DNA of 54,185 nucleotides from a virus (lineage: Duplodnaviria; Caudoviricetes): positions 1 to 54,185 of IMG/VR virus record IMGVR_UViG_3300036794_000064; one strand, written 5' to 3'. A program made the translations under genes and the position numbers. Every line of letters starts with the position of its first letter. Position 1 is the stretch's first letter. This document shows positions 39,045-49,085 of this stretch, piece after piece. Below the pieces are notes generated by a model. It saw only the letters and a list, made by a program, of their open reading frames with translations, was not told the DNA's origin and made no database searches.

Positions 39045-40252
39045 GCGGCCACCGCGAACGACCGGTTCGTCACCTGCATCTGCGTGACCACGTCCAGCGG
39101 GTGGGTGACTGCGGCGCCGATGTAGATGTCGTTGACCTTCATGCGGGCCCGGGTGATCCCGTTCGCGTCGCCGGCGTCGAAGCCCGGGTTGCAGGTCGCG
39201 GTGAACGCGGTCTCGTCCAGGGCGGCGAGCACCAACGGCAGTTGGGCGTTCGCTACCGCCTGGGCTTGCGGGACGGTGGACACGGTCTCGTCGGTGATGA
39301 AGATCGGGCATGAGCCTTCGACGCCGGACGGCCCCAAGATCGGGTCGGTCGAATACGCCGACGCCGTCACCGGGGTCCCCGGTGACGTGGACCCGTCCGG
39401 GTTGGTGACGGTGACACCGGTGCCGATCACGATCACCCCGTTGTGGAAGTTCGCCTCGTCCAACGTCCGGGTCAGGCTCGTCATCGTGCACGTCACCCCC
39501 TCGACGAACGAGAACGACAGCGGGACCGTGTTCGGCTGGGGGACGGGGCGCATCACGACGGCGCCTTGCCGGTCGAAGAACAGTTCGCAGCCGGCGGACA
39601 AGGCCAGGTTGACGCAGTCCTGCCACCGGTTGTTCCCCCCCGACGTGGAACCCGATTGGGCGCTGACGCCGGTCGAGGTGAACTGGATCCCCAACACGGT
39701 GCCGGCCGGGACGACCACCGTCGACGGGTAGAGGTTGTAGGTAAGCGGCGGCCCGGTCCAGGTGGCGTTCAGGATGGCCGTGATCGCGGCGGGGACGGTG
39801 AGCCCGGCGGCGCCGGTGTACGGCCCGGTCCACGGGTGGCGGGCGATCTCGGACGAGCGGTCGTTGCCGGTGATCGCGATGGTCAGTTGGCTGCCGGTGT
39901 CGGTGATGACCGGTTTCGACAGGCGGAACACGCCGAGCGGGGCGAGCGTCCCGCCGGGCGCGGTCGGCAGGATCCCCGGCGGCGGCGGGATGTTCACGCC
40001 GCGGTAGGGGCGTAGTTCGTTGCCGGACAGCGGATGGAGGAGGTCGCCGAGCTCGGCGGGGACCAGGTCGACGGTCGCCAGCGTCATGGTGGCGGTGCGG
40101 CGGATAGCGGCGGTCTCGTCCTCGACGACCCCGCCGCCGACGACATCCAACGTGGCGAGCTGGTTGCCGTTCGGGTCGGTCACCACCGCCAGCAGGGCCA
40201 CGTCGTGGGTGCCGGCCAGGGCCTTCTGTGCGTCGGCGGACAGGGGCCACAT
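39041..40252 (-). CDS. Baseplate hub / minor tail protein (DUF5047-like)
   Basis: GGVVEDETAAIRRTATMTL, LHPLSGNELRPYRGV, PLGVFRL, RWQDC..LA..G.ELFFDRQG, NGVIV. Confidence 0.78.
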   Translation of the reverse strand: MWPLSADAQKALAGTHDVALLAVVTDPNGNQLATLDVVGGGVVEDETAAIRRTATMTLATVDLVPAELGDLLHPLSGNELRPYRGVNIPPPPGILPTAPGGTLAPLGVFRLSKPVITDTGSQLTIAITGNDRSSEIARHPWTGPYTGAAGLTVPAAITAILNATWTGPPLTYNLYPSTVVVPAGTVLGIQFTSTGVSAQSGSTSGGNNRWQDCVNLALSAGCELFFDRQGAVVMRPVPQPNTVPLSFSFVEGVTCTMTSLTRTLDEANFHNGVIVIGTGVTVTNPDGSTSPGTPVTASAYSTDPILGPSGVEGSCPIFITDETVSTVPQAQAVANAQLPLVLAALDETAFTATCNPGFDAGDANGITRARMKVNDIYIGAAVTHPLDVVTQMQVTNRSFAVAA

Positions 40253-42876
40253 CAGGGGCGGTCCGTGACCGTGCAGGCGACGGAGGCGAGCGCCCACGGG
40301 TTGGCGATCCGGTCGGTGGCCCGCAGGATGCTCTCGGGCAGGTCCGGTCCGATCGCGATGTACCAGCCGTCGCCCATGTCGGAGCGGAGGAGCAGGGTGG
40401 CCTGCCGGTCGCACAACGACAGGAACGTGGCCGCTTCGGCCGCGCCTTCGATGAGGGCGTTGAGGGTGAACGAAGGCGATTGGACGGTGCCGCGCTGCAC
40501 GATGGCGTTCGGCCGGCCGAAGGCGTAGAACACCCCCATCGATTCGGTGCGGGTTTTCTGGAAGGAGATGGGCGACTGGATGGTGGACAGCGACGCGGCG
40601 ACGGTGCCGGCCCGGTGGAGAGCGAGGGCGGTGGTCGGGTCTTGCGGGTCGGTGAGCCACCAGTTGGTGGATGTGACCGTCGCCGTGGCGGTCGCTGGTG
40701 TCGAGGTGACGGTGGCTACGACCGGGGTGGTGACGTTCGCGGAGATGGTGGCGGAGTACAGGCGGGGGACGCCGAACAATGGTTCGGGGTCGACGATCGT
40801 GACTTGCTGGGTGATCGACGGGACCGGTATCCCGGTGCCGTCCCGGACCGCCTGCCAGGTGGCGCCCCCGTCGTCGGAGCTCACGATGCTGACCGTGTCC
40901 AAGGGGACGAGCCCGCCGCGCGTCCACGCCGGTGCGGCGGCAGCGGCGAACAGACCGGCCTCGTCGACGTAGTGGGCGCCGGAGGCGACCTCGGAGGCGA
41001 TGGTGACGATCGGGGCCGCGTACACGGCCGTGCCGGGGGCGACGCCGACCGCGGTGGCTTGGGTCCATCCGCTGGTCGTGTCGTTGACGGGGGTGCCGGT
41101 CGAAGTGGAGATGAGGGCGCCGGCGTTGTTGTACCAGGCAATCCCGATCGTGCACGACCGTGCGGTGGCGGCGGAGCGCAGGGCCGCGACGGCCGCGTAG
41201 CTGACACCGCCGGTGATCGGGTAGGCCCCGGTTGCGACTTCCGCGCTGATGGTGCCGAGCGCGGCGGCGGTCAGTTTCATCGACTCGCTGCCGTCCAACG
41301 CCTGGGTGGACGATTGGGCGATGGTGGTGTTCGCCCCGGGCTGCCAGGTGCCGACGGAGCCTTCGAAGGAGGCGTCGTCGGTGGACAGCAGGTTGTCGTG
41401 CGCGGTGACGAGCAGCGTGACGATCGGCGCCCCGGTGGCCGCCGTGCCGGGCGTTGCGGTCAGGGTGGGGGTGGCCGGCCCGGGGTAGGTGATCGTGAAC
41501 GCGGAGGACGCCCACGCGGAGGAGACGGCGCCGGTCTCGACGATCTGCACGTAGGCGACCCAGTTGCCTTGCGCCAAGGCTGTCGGGATCGGCCACGACA
41601 GGGCGGCGGTGCTGATTACCCCGGAATCAACTGTCGCGGTGGTGACGCCAGGCGAGAAGCCGGGCTGGAGGGTGACGGCCTGGGTGTAGACGACCACCCG
41701 GAAACTGGTTTGCGACAGGCCGCCGCCGAGGATTTCGGTCCAGGTGACCGCCGGCTGGGCGGTGCTGATGGTTCCTGAGGGGCCGGTGACGGTGACGGTG
41801 GGCTGCGCCGATGCCGTGAACACCGAATCGGACGCGAATGGTGATTGCAGGTTGTAATGGGCTTCTTGGGTCGCAACGCTCCAGTTGTAGGAGACGCCGT
41901 CCGGGAGGATCCCCGCCGGGACGGTGACGGTGTGCAGCGCCGAACTGTTCCACACGATCGAGCCTTGGAAGAGTCCCGAGGTGGCGTTCCAGTACTTGTA
42001 CACCCCGGAGATCAACACCCGCAGGACGTAGGCGTTCTGGACGCCCGAGTCGGTGCCCGGGTTGTAGGTCCACGAAAACGTGACCCCCGCCGCGAACGAA
42101 TCCAGATATGCCCCCGCTCCCGGAGCGGTGAGCGTCGGCACATAAGGCGGGTCGGCGACCGTCGCCACCAGGATGATGATCCCGTTGCCGGCGCGGTTGC
42201 CGTCCGTGAACACCGGCGAGCCGACCGACGGGTCAGCGTACGACTTGCCGCCGGCTCCTCCGCCGGCAGGACCCGTCCCAGGAGAGGCGCCGCTGTCGCC
42301 AGCTCCCCCGGGGGCTATGCCGCCGTTGCCGTCGCTGGTCGCGTGGGGGGCGTTCGAGCCGGCGCCCTGGTGGCCACCGCCGCCGCCACCGGCCCCGCTC
42401 GTACCGTTATATGCGCCGGTTGGGCCATTGGCGCCGTTCGACGGCGAGAGGCCGCCTTTGCCGCCGGCGCCGCCGGTGGCAGTTCCGGACGCTCCGCCCG
42501 CCCCTCCGCCGCCGCCAGCCTCAACGAGCGGGGTGGCGCCGGACAGGACAGCCGATGATCCGCCGCCGTGGCCGCCGGCCGACGATGGCGCCACGCTTGC
42601 CGCTCCGGTACCTCCGGCGTGCTCGCCGGCGCCGGCCTGCGCTCCGACTACAGCTGTCAGTGTTCTGCCGGCGGCGACGGGCACAGTACCGACAACCTGG
42701 CCGCCTTTGCCGCCGGTCGCACCGGGCGCCCCGCCGGGCGAGCCGGGGCCCGCAGGTGACGAGTTTCCGCCGGCCGCGCCGGCGACGGTCGCCTGCACCG
42801 AGCCGTTGAGCAGCAATGCCGGCGCCGTGTACGTGTTCGTCCCGGGCGTCGAATAGGTGGTGGTCTGAGTGCTCAT
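40252..42876 (-). CDS. Large minor tail (Dit-like) protein with Gly-rich N-terminus, Ig-like and CBM-like domains
   Basis: AGGGGGAGG repeats; NLLS..ASFE....W carbohydrate-binding pattern; Dit-like C-terminus GRPNAIVQRG...TLLLRS. Confidence 0.75.
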   Translation of the reverse strand: MSTQTTTYSTPGTNTYTAPALLLNGSVQATVAGAAGGNSSPAGPGSPGGAPGATGGKGGQVVGTVPVAAGRTLTAVVGAQAGAGEHAGGTGAASVAPSSAGGHGGGSSAVLSGATPLVEAGGGGGAGGASGTATGGAGGKGGLSPSNGANGPTGAYNGTSGAGGGGGGHQGAGSNAPHATSDGNGGIAPGGAGDSGASPGTGPAGGGAGGKSYADPSVGSPVFTDGNRAGNGIIILVATVADPPYVPTLTAPGAGAYLDSFAAGVTFSWTYNPGTDSGVQNAYVLRVLISGVYKYWNATSGLFQGSIVWNSSALHTVTVPAGILPDGVSYNWSVATQEAHYNLQSPFASDSVFTASAQPTVTVTGPSGTISTAQPAVTWTEILGGGLSQTSFRVVVYTQAVTLQPGFSPGVTTATVDSGVISTAALSWPIPTALAQGNWVAYVQIVETGAVSSAWASSAFTITYPGPATPTLTATPGTAATGAPIVTLLVTAHDNLLSTDDASFEGSVGTWQPGANTTIAQSSTQALDGSESMKLTAAALGTISAEVATGAYPITGGVSYAAVAALRSAATARSCTIGIAWYNNAGALISTSTGTPVNDTTSGWTQATAVGVAPGTAVYAAPIVTIASEVASGAHYVDEAGLFAAAAAPAWTRGGLVPLDTVSIVSSDDGGATWQAVRDGTGIPVPSITQQVTIVDPEPLFGVPRLYSATISANVTTPVVATVTSTPATATATVTSTNWWLTDPQDPTTALALHRAGTVAASLSTIQSPISFQKTRTESMGVFYAFGRPNAIVQRGTVQSPSFTLNALIEGAAEAATFLSLCDRQATLLLRSDMGDGWYIAIGPDLPESILRATDRIANPWALASVACTVTDRP

Positions 42877-42905
42877 TGTCCCAGCCCGGGCGTACTGTGG
42901 CCGGC

Positions 42906-43496
42906 ATGAACAAACCCAAACTGGCGGTGCTGATCGGGTTCGCTGTCTTGGCGGCGGCGATGACCATCACTGCCGCTCACTCCAGCCAAACGCTCCATCT
43001 CGTGAGGACCAACGCTGTCCACGTCGTCACCACAGCGGCCGCCACGACAACAAGAGCAATAACGGCAATACCCGTCCGGCCGCCAGCGGTGGTGGTCCCT
43101 AAACGGCAGGGTGTCCCCGTCGCAGCTATCGTGACGACCACCACCATCGCTGCGCCTGAGAACAATGGCCAGCCGTGCCCGCAATGCACGCCCGGCAATG
43201 GAGCGACCGCGCCCAACGGTGACGCCAACGGAACGCCGATCAACACACCGGATCTGATCGTCTATATCGTCCACCCGGACGGCACATGCGGCGCTACCGG
43301 CCAGAGCGAAGCCCAACGTGACGGGTTCACCGCTATCCCAGCGTCCGAATGCGACCACGGCGACTACGTGCCGGCGGCATCGGCGGCGCAGACGACAACG
43401 ACTCTTCCGAATCTCACCCCAGCTGAGTGCGCTGTCACCCCTGCCTGCTATGCCGGCAACGGCCACCAATCGGCCACCACGACGACACTCCCGTAG
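42906..43496 (+). CDS. Exported Thr/Cys-rich protein (moron, antisense to the tail operon)
   Basis: Signal peptide MNKPKLAVLIGFAVLAAA; TTTT runs; six Cys; TACTGT -10 box ends 7 nt before the ATG. Confidence 0.7.
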   Translation: MNKPKLAVLIGFAVLAAAMTITAAHSSQTLHLVRTNAVHVVTTAAATTTRAITAIPVRPPAVVVPKRQGVPVAAIVTTTTIAAPENNGQPCPQCTPGNGATAPNGDANGTPINTPDLIVYIVHPDGTCGATGQSEAQRDGFTAIPASECDHGDYVPAASAAQTTTTLPNLTPAECAVTPACYAGNGHQSATTTTLP

Positions 43497-43501
43497 CGGC
43501 A

Positions 43502-46486
43502 TCATGCGGGGATCAGCTGGCGGATGGCGGCGATCGTCGCCGTGCGGTCAGCATTCAGAGCGGCGACCACATCGGCCTTCGACGCCAGGTCACCGATGAC
43601 CACTTGTCGCTGATCATTCAACGTGATCACCACCGCGGGAACGGACAGTTGCGACACGGTCGTGTCCCCGCCGGCCAGACCCGGGAACGCTTTGCGGGTA
43701 TCCGGATGCGACAGGACCTGGGTTCCGGTCGGCAAATAGGCGAGGGATTTGTCTTTCACGATCGACGCCCCGCCCCCCGGGACGATGACCGCCTCCGAGC
43801 CCGCCTCGCCGATGTGCGTCCACCCGCCCGGCGACGACCCCATCCCCGTAGCCGCCCCGGGCGCGGCGCCCTTCCCGGGATGGCCGGGGATCGACGTCGT
43901 CAACACCGTGTTCACATACAGCGTCGTCGACTTCGGCAACGCCGCGATCTGATTCTGCAAGCCCCGCAGATTCGCCGCCGCGGTGTCATACCCGGCGAGC
44001 AGCAGATCGGTTTTCACCTGCGCCGGAGTCAACCCCAACGAATGCAAATAGGCGTCGACCTGGCCCTTCGTGAGCCCGTACTTCCCGGCCTGCTGCTCGA
44101 TATAGCTCGTGAGGGAGGAGACTTTCCCGACGACCTGATCCGACGTCGCCCCCTGATGCTCCAACGACTGGATGGTCGAGTTGATCGCGGCCGCGACCTG
44201 GTCGAACGCCTGCCGGTTCGCCAGGCCCTTCGCCGTCGTCACGTCCAGGCTGGTGCCGTTCGTGTGAAGACTCGTCGTGAGAGTTTGGATAGCCGCGTAA
44301 AAGGTGGTGGTCGCCTGCTCCGCCGTCAGATTCGCGGACACCATGTTGTTCAGCAACGTCTCGGTCTGGGTGAGCGCCTGATTCGCGGTGTTCAACTGCG
44401 ACGTCAGCAGCCCGTACTCCAGGGCGTACGAGCCGGTGTAGCCGGCCGCGGCGCCGGTCGCGGTCGCTGACGCGTCGATCGCCGCGGTTTGGGCGTCCTG
44501 CGCCTGTTTCAGGCCGGGAAGGAGGGCCTGCAAACCTTTCTGCTGGCCTTGGAGATGCTCGAGGGTGGCGGTCAGGTTGTCGTACTGGGTGGTCAGCGAC
44601 TGGGCCGGCGTGTAGCCGTCGGCGATGAGTGACTGGCCGAGCGTTTTGAACTGGCCGGACAGCTGCCCGATCGGAATGTTCGCGGCCGCGGTCGACAGGA
44701 CCCCCATGGCGTAGGCGCCGTCGTGGGTTCGTTGCGCGACATCGCCCAGCTGGGCGCCCAGCGACGACAGTTGGGTGTTGACCGCCGCGACTTTGTCGGT
44801 GCCGGCGGGCAGCTGGGCGATGAAGTTTTTCGCCCACGACTGTCCTGAGGCGTCCGCGGCAGCCGTGAACGACCCGAACGCCCCCACCGCGTTGAGGAGC
44901 CCGTAGACGACACCTATCAGGCCGCCTTCGAGGCCGGTACCGGCCGCGCCGACGAGTGTCAGAGCGGCCGCCGAGCCGGTCGCCGCGGTGGCCACCGAGT
45001 ACACCCCGGTAGCTCCGATGGCGGCGGCGTCGCCGATGCTGGAGAACAGCCCCGGTAGGGCTTTGGCGGCGCCGGCGAGACCGCCGACGCCGACCACGCC
45101 GAGCAGCTTGTTGGCCTCGAACGCCACCGCGGCCAGCCCGAGCCCCCAGGTCGTCAACGTCGGGTTCACCTGCAACAGCAGATTCAGGAGGCTCGCCGCG
45201 GCGTCCACGATTTTCAGGGTGACCGGCCCGAGCGGTGCGGCGTCCTTGGCGATGGTCACGAACGTGGCGCCCAGGTCCTCCACCGTGTGCGCGACCAGCG
45301 GCCCGTTGGCCTGGATGTAGTTGAGGAAACTGGAGAACCCGCCGTTGGCGGCCTCGTTCCCCCATTTCGTCAGGTCCTGACCCCACCGGACCAGATCCGC
45401 GTCGATGGTCTGGAGCTCGGGGGCGAACCCTTCCGCGAATCCGGACCAGGCGTGCCCGAGACCGCCGAGGAGATGCCCGAAACTGGTGATGGCGGCGCCG
45501 CCCTCCCCGGCGATGAACTGCGAGAACTGGCGCAGGTACGGCGACCCCAGCGAGGCGGACATGTTCTGCTCGAGGCCTTGCAACGCCAGCGACGCCGACG
45601 CGACCGACGGGGTGAGGAACTGGAATACCGATGGCAGAAGCGAGACGGCGTTGACGATGACCGGGTCCACGAACGCGGCGGTCGCCAGCTGCCAGTTGGT
45701 GAGCAGCCCGTGGATCTGGTTGCCGACCGTCGCCAAATCCCCCTCGGCCGCCAACGCGAACGCTCCGAGACCGAGCCCGGCCGCCGACGCCGCGTTCACC
45801 AAACCGATCAGCCCCGACGCACCGACCGCACCGACGGTCCCAAGCGCCGGGATCAACGGCAGCACCGACCCGAGCAGGCCGCCGCCGCCGCCGGCCGCGC
45901 CCCCACCACCCAACGACGCCCCGGCCTTGTCCGCGTCCGCGCCAACCGACTGCAACTTCGAGTCCAACCCGTCCAGGTCGCCCTGCAGCCGCTGCAGGTC
46001 ACGGTCGTCGACCTTCGGCCGCAACGTCTCGTTGCTGAGCGAGTCGAGGGCAGCCTGCAGGTCGGTGATGTCTTTGCGGGCCTGCCCGGACGTGCCGATC
46101 TTGATCGTCGCCGCTTTCGTTTGCAGCTCGTCGATCTCCGCCCGCAGCTCCGCCAACTTGACCTGGGCGTCGGTGTCGTCGACGCGGATCGTGGGGTCGG
46201 CGGTTTTCGCTCCGACCTCGTCGAAACTGTCCCGGAACGCCTGCAGCTGCCCTTCCGCCGACTCGGGGTCGACCTCGACGCGCGGGCGGGCGGTCTCCGC
46301 TCCGAGCTCGTCGAGTTTCCCGCGGGTCTCGTCGATCTTCACGTCCGCTTCGGTGGTGTCGGCGTCGATGCGCACCTTCGCGTCCAGGCCGGAGGTGGCC
46401 TCCTCCAGCCCGGAGCGCAGCTCCTCCCGGAACCCGTCAAGATTGGGCTTAATCGACACGTACGCCGTTGCGATGGACTCAGCCAC
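43502..46486 (-). CDS. Tape measure protein
   Basis: 994 aa, Ala/Gly-rich, MAESIATAYVSIKP N-terminus, C-terminal ATG...IGEAGSEAV; follows the chaperones. Confidence 0.9.
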   Translation of the reverse strand: MAESIATAYVSIKPNLDGFREELRSGLEEATSGLDAKVRIDADTTEADVKIDETRGKLDELGAETARPRVEVDPESAEGQLQAFRDSFDEVGAKTADPTIRVDDTDAQVKLAELRAEIDELQTKAATIKIGTSGQARKDITDLQAALDSLSNETLRPKVDDRDLQRLQGDLDGLDSKLQSVGADADKAGASLGGGGAAGGGGGLLGSVLPLIPALGTVGAVGASGLIGLVNAASAAGLGLGAFALAAEGDLATVGNQIHGLLTNWQLATAAFVDPVIVNAVSLLPSVFQFLTPSVASASLALQGLEQNMSASLGSPYLRQFSQFIAGEGGAAITSFGHLLGGLGHAWSGFAEGFAPELQTIDADLVRWGQDLTKWGNEAANGGFSSFLNYIQANGPLVAHTVEDLGATFVTIAKDAAPLGPVTLKIVDAAASLLNLLLQVNPTLTTWGLGLAAVAFEANKLLGVVGVGGLAGAAKALPGLFSSIGDAAAIGATGVYSVATAATGSAAALTLVGAAGTGLEGGLIGVVYGLLNAVGAFGSFTAAADASGQSWAKNFIAQLPAGTDKVAAVNTQLSSLGAQLGDVAQRTHDGAYAMGVLSTAAANIPIGQLSGQFKTLGQSLIADGYTPAQSLTTQYDNLTATLEHLQGQQKGLQALLPGLKQAQDAQTAAIDASATATGAAAGYTGSYALEYGLLTSQLNTANQALTQTETLLNNMVSANLTAEQATTTFYAAIQTLTTSLHTNGTSLDVTTAKGLANRQAFDQVAAAINSTIQSLEHQGATSDQVVGKVSSLTSYIEQQAGKYGLTKGQVDAYLHSLGLTPAQVKTDLLLAGYDTAAANLRGLQNQIAALPKSTTLYVNTVLTTSIPGHPGKGAAPGAATGMGSSPGGWTHIGEAGSEAVIVPGGGASIVKDKSLAYLPTGTQVLSHPDTRKAFPGLAGGDTTVSQLSVPAVVITLNDQRQVVIGDLASKADVVAALNADRTATIAAIRQLIPA

Positions 46487-46870
46487 CGTTGCCGCCGATC
46501 AGATGGTTGGCGTGGTCGACCCAGTCCGCCAGCTGAGTGATCGACGCCCCAGACAACCCCGGCTCGTCCCCATCATCATCATCGGCGGTGTCGTCGGTCG
46601 GGTCTGCGGGCGCGCCAAGGGCCGCCCGCAGCCGGTCCACGGCCGCGGGCGCCACACCGACAGTCAGCGCGGCCCTGTCCGAGTCGCGGGCCTCCTCGAC
46701 CAGCAGCGCCTCGGCCACGCTCAACATCCCATCCGCGTCATCAGCCGTCGCGGCCCGGGTCAGCCGGCGCGCCGCTTCCGGGGTGTGCCCGGCGAGGACG
46801 AGCCTGCCTTCGACGTACCCGCGGTTTTGCGCGGCCCACGAGGCGAGCTCGAGGACCGCACCGTAGGGCG
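46479..46870 (-). CDS. Tail assembly chaperone, frameshifted (GT) extension
   Basis: -1 frame ORF (PYGAVLELASWAAQN...) overlapping the G gene; CGC CCT ACG site at about 46862-46870. Confidence 0.6.
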
Positions 46871-47170
46871 CCGCAACACCTGCTCCGCCAACATCTCCAT
46901 CAGCTTCCGGACGCGCGGCAGGGTGAGCGGGCAGTCCTGGCGGTGCAACAGGGCCCGGAACGGGGCGACGTCGGCAGGGACGAGAAGGTTGTTGAAGAAC
47001 TCCTCGACCATCAGCGTCCCGACGCCCATCAGCTGCTCGACGACCAGCGCCGGCAGCTGATCCCTCTCGCGGCACGCCCATTCCCGGCCGTCCAGCCGGA
47101 ACGTCACCGAAGGCTCCTCCGGCCCGGCGGGGATTTCGACGTCGTCGAGATCGACCAGAGGCTCGATCAT
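46760..47170 (-). CDS. Tail assembly chaperone (G)
   Basis: Between tail tube and tape measure; ends RPTVRSSSS..., typical of actinophage chaperones. Confidence 0.78.
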   Translation of the reverse strand: MIEPLVDLDDVEIPAGPEEPSVTFRLDGREWACRERDQLPALVVEQLMGVGTLMVEEFFNNLLVPADVAPFRALLHRQDCPLTLPRVRKLMEMLAEQVLRRPTVRSSSSPRGPRKTAGTSKAGSSSPGTPRKRRAG

Positions 47171-47757
47171 GAGGCCATCGCGGCGGGGACGAGCAGCCGG
47201 AACGGGTTCACGCCGACGGGCTTCTCCAGCTGGAAGTCGCAGGAGATCGCCGCGATGTTCGCGCCCTTCCGGCGGGTCACCTGGGCTTGGCCGACCTGGA
47301 ACGTCTGGCGGATCACCAGACGGCCCTGGACCTGGCCGGCGGTGGTCGCCTCGGTGAGCGAATCCCAGCCGAGCATGACCCGGACTTCGGTGCCGATCGT
47401 CGGCATCTCCACCCATGACGACCCGTCGGCGTTGGTGCCGTGCGAGCCGGCCAGCTGCGACGTGCCGATCCCCGAGTTGAGCGCGACCATCCAGTTCTGG
47501 AAGGTCGTCTCGGCGAGAGCGAACGTAAGATGGCCGTCGTAGGCGGTGATCACGTTCCGGACCGGCCAGTACTCCTCTTCGGGGGTGATCGGGTTCGCGG
47601 TCGGCTTGATCGAGAACTGGGAGCCTTGCTCGGTGTAGCCGAGCGCGGTCCATCCTGCGGGCCACGCTCCGGTGACGGAGGTGGGTTCGGTGGTGCCGAG
47701 CGGGGCGGCGTAGAGGGTGCCGGCGCCGGAGACAATGTTGAGGCCTGAGTAGGGCAT
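47167..47757 (-). CDS. Major tail (tube) protein
   Basis: GAGTLYAAPLGTTEP..WTALGYTEQG, FALAETT; strong RBS AAAGGAG. Confidence 0.88.
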   Translation of the reverse strand: MPYSGLNIVSGAGTLYAAPLGTTEPTSVTGAWPAGWTALGYTEQGSQFSIKPTANPITPEEEYWPVRNVITAYDGHLTFALAETTFQNWMVALNSGIGTSQLAGSHGTNADGSSWVEMPTIGTEVRVMLGWDSLTEATTAGQVQGRLVIRQTFQVGQAQVTRRKGANIAAISCDFQLEKPVGVNPFRLLVPAAMAS

Positions 47758-47875
47758 GGGGATTTCTCCTTTGGCTGTCTGGAGTGACGGGGTTGCCTGC
47801 CGCGCGGACGCGACGTTCAGCCCGACTGGAAGGTCCGGGCTTGGTTGTCTCCCACTCGCGTGGCCGGATTAGGGG

Positions 47876-48322
47876 TTACAGGCCTTGGATTTGCCAGCGG
47901 GAATCGAGAACGATCCGCGGTGACCCGGTGTCAGGATCCTGCGAGTCGATCTTGTTCATCGCCCGGGCGGACAGCGCCACCGTCGGGCCGCCGCCAGGGT
48001 TGAGGAGGGTTCCTGCCGGCATGGTCCACATGACCGACTCGACCGCGATGGCCAACTGGCGGACGGTGGTGTAGTCGAACGAGCCGGGCGCGCCGACGGT
48101 CTCGATCGACAGGTCGATCTGCGAGACGTTGGCGTCGCCGCCGTCGCCGATGATCCCGCCGTTCAGCTGGTAGATCCGCAGGATCGGCCACTGTCCCTGT
48201 TTCGTCGGGATCCGGAAGAACACCCGGCCACCATGCAGCGGTGTCAGGGTCGGGTGGGTTTTCAGCCACGCTTTCATGTCGGGGAGATAGTCCGGGATGA
48301 CAACGACGTTCGGGCCGGGCAT
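47876..48322 (-). CDS. Tail terminator-like protein
   Basis: Position; L..HPTL..L.GGRVFF..P...WP. Confidence 0.68.
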   Translation of the reverse strand: MPGPNVVVIPDYLPDMKAWLKTHPTLTPLHGGRVFFRIPTKQGQWPILRIYQLNGGIIGDGGDANVSQIDLSIETVGAPGSFDYTTVRQLAIAVESVMWTMPAGTLLNPGGGPTVALSARAMNKIDSQDPDTGSPRIVLDSRWQIQGL

Positions 48323-48783
48323 CAGCTGATCGCCCCGAAGAAGCCGCCGGCCGCCGGGGTCGGCAGCCCCTGCAGCCCGGATTCGACGGCCCGCAGGGCG
48401 GGGCGCAGGAACGGCCGTGGAAGCATGTAGCGGGTGCCGAGCTCGAGGTAGAGGGCGTAGTTGACGTCGGAGCCGATGCGGGCCTCGAGGTCGGTGCCGG
48501 CGCCGACGACTTCGTGATGGATGGACGACAGGAGGCGGCCGGTGTCGGACGCGGGCGGGAACCCGGGCGCGGATGCCTGGTGGGGCACGCGGCGGCCGCC
48601 GCGGCGGAGGCGGCCTTCCCGGTCGCGGTAGAAGCGGGTGGTGTACAGACGCCCGGTGCCGTGGAGGACCAGGAGCCGTTTGGCGGTCGATTCGACGGCT
48701 TGGGCTTTGTCCTCCAAGAATTGGTGGGTGGTGCGGGCCAGGAACTCGTCGAGCGCGGCGTCGTCGATTTCGATCGTGGTCAC
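48322..48783 (-). CDS. HK97 gp10-like tail completion protein
   Basis: SAPG.PPASDTGRLLSSI, VNYALYLELGTRYM.PRPFLRPAL. Confidence 0.85.
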   Translation of the reverse strand: MTTIEIDDAALDEFLARTTHQFLEDKAQAVESTAKRLLVLHGTGRLYTTRFYRDREGRLRRGGRRVPHQASAPGFPPASDTGRLLSSIHHEVVGAGTDLEARIGSDVNYALYLELGTRYMLPRPFLRPALRAVESGLQGLPTPAAGGFFGAIS

Positions 48784-49085
48784 CGGTCACCGGCCTTGTC
48801 GGGGATCGGGATCGACGGCGAGCCGGGGTAGTCGACGTAGTGGCAGGCGTCGCCGTCTTGGCACGGGCACATCGGGTCGTTGCCGATGCATGGCGCCGGC
48901 CGGTCCGGTTCGTCGTCGACGGGCATCGACGCGAGCACCCCGACGAGCGCCCGGAGGGCCTCGGCGATGGCGATGAGGGCGTGGTTACTGGAGATCTGCC
49001 ACAGCCGGCCCTCGTCGGGGCTGCCGGGCCGGGCGTTGAGGGCCTCGTCGGCGGCGTGTTTCGCGGCGTCCAGCCAGTCGGCCAT
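48780..49085 (-). CDS. Hypothetical protein with Cys cluster
   Basis: CIGNDPMCPCQDGDACHY; overlaps both neighbours. Confidence 0.55.
   Translation of the reverse strand: MADWLDAAKHAADEALNARPGSPDEGRLWQISSNHALIAIAEALRALVGVLASMPVDDEPDRPAPCIGNDPMCPCQDGDACHYVDYPGSPSIPIPDKAGDR

Noticed and set aside
42170-42800. PE-PGRS or collagen-like host gene
   Set aside because: The Gly-rich stretch is in frame within the minor tail protein and lacks a PE domain or strict G-X-Y period
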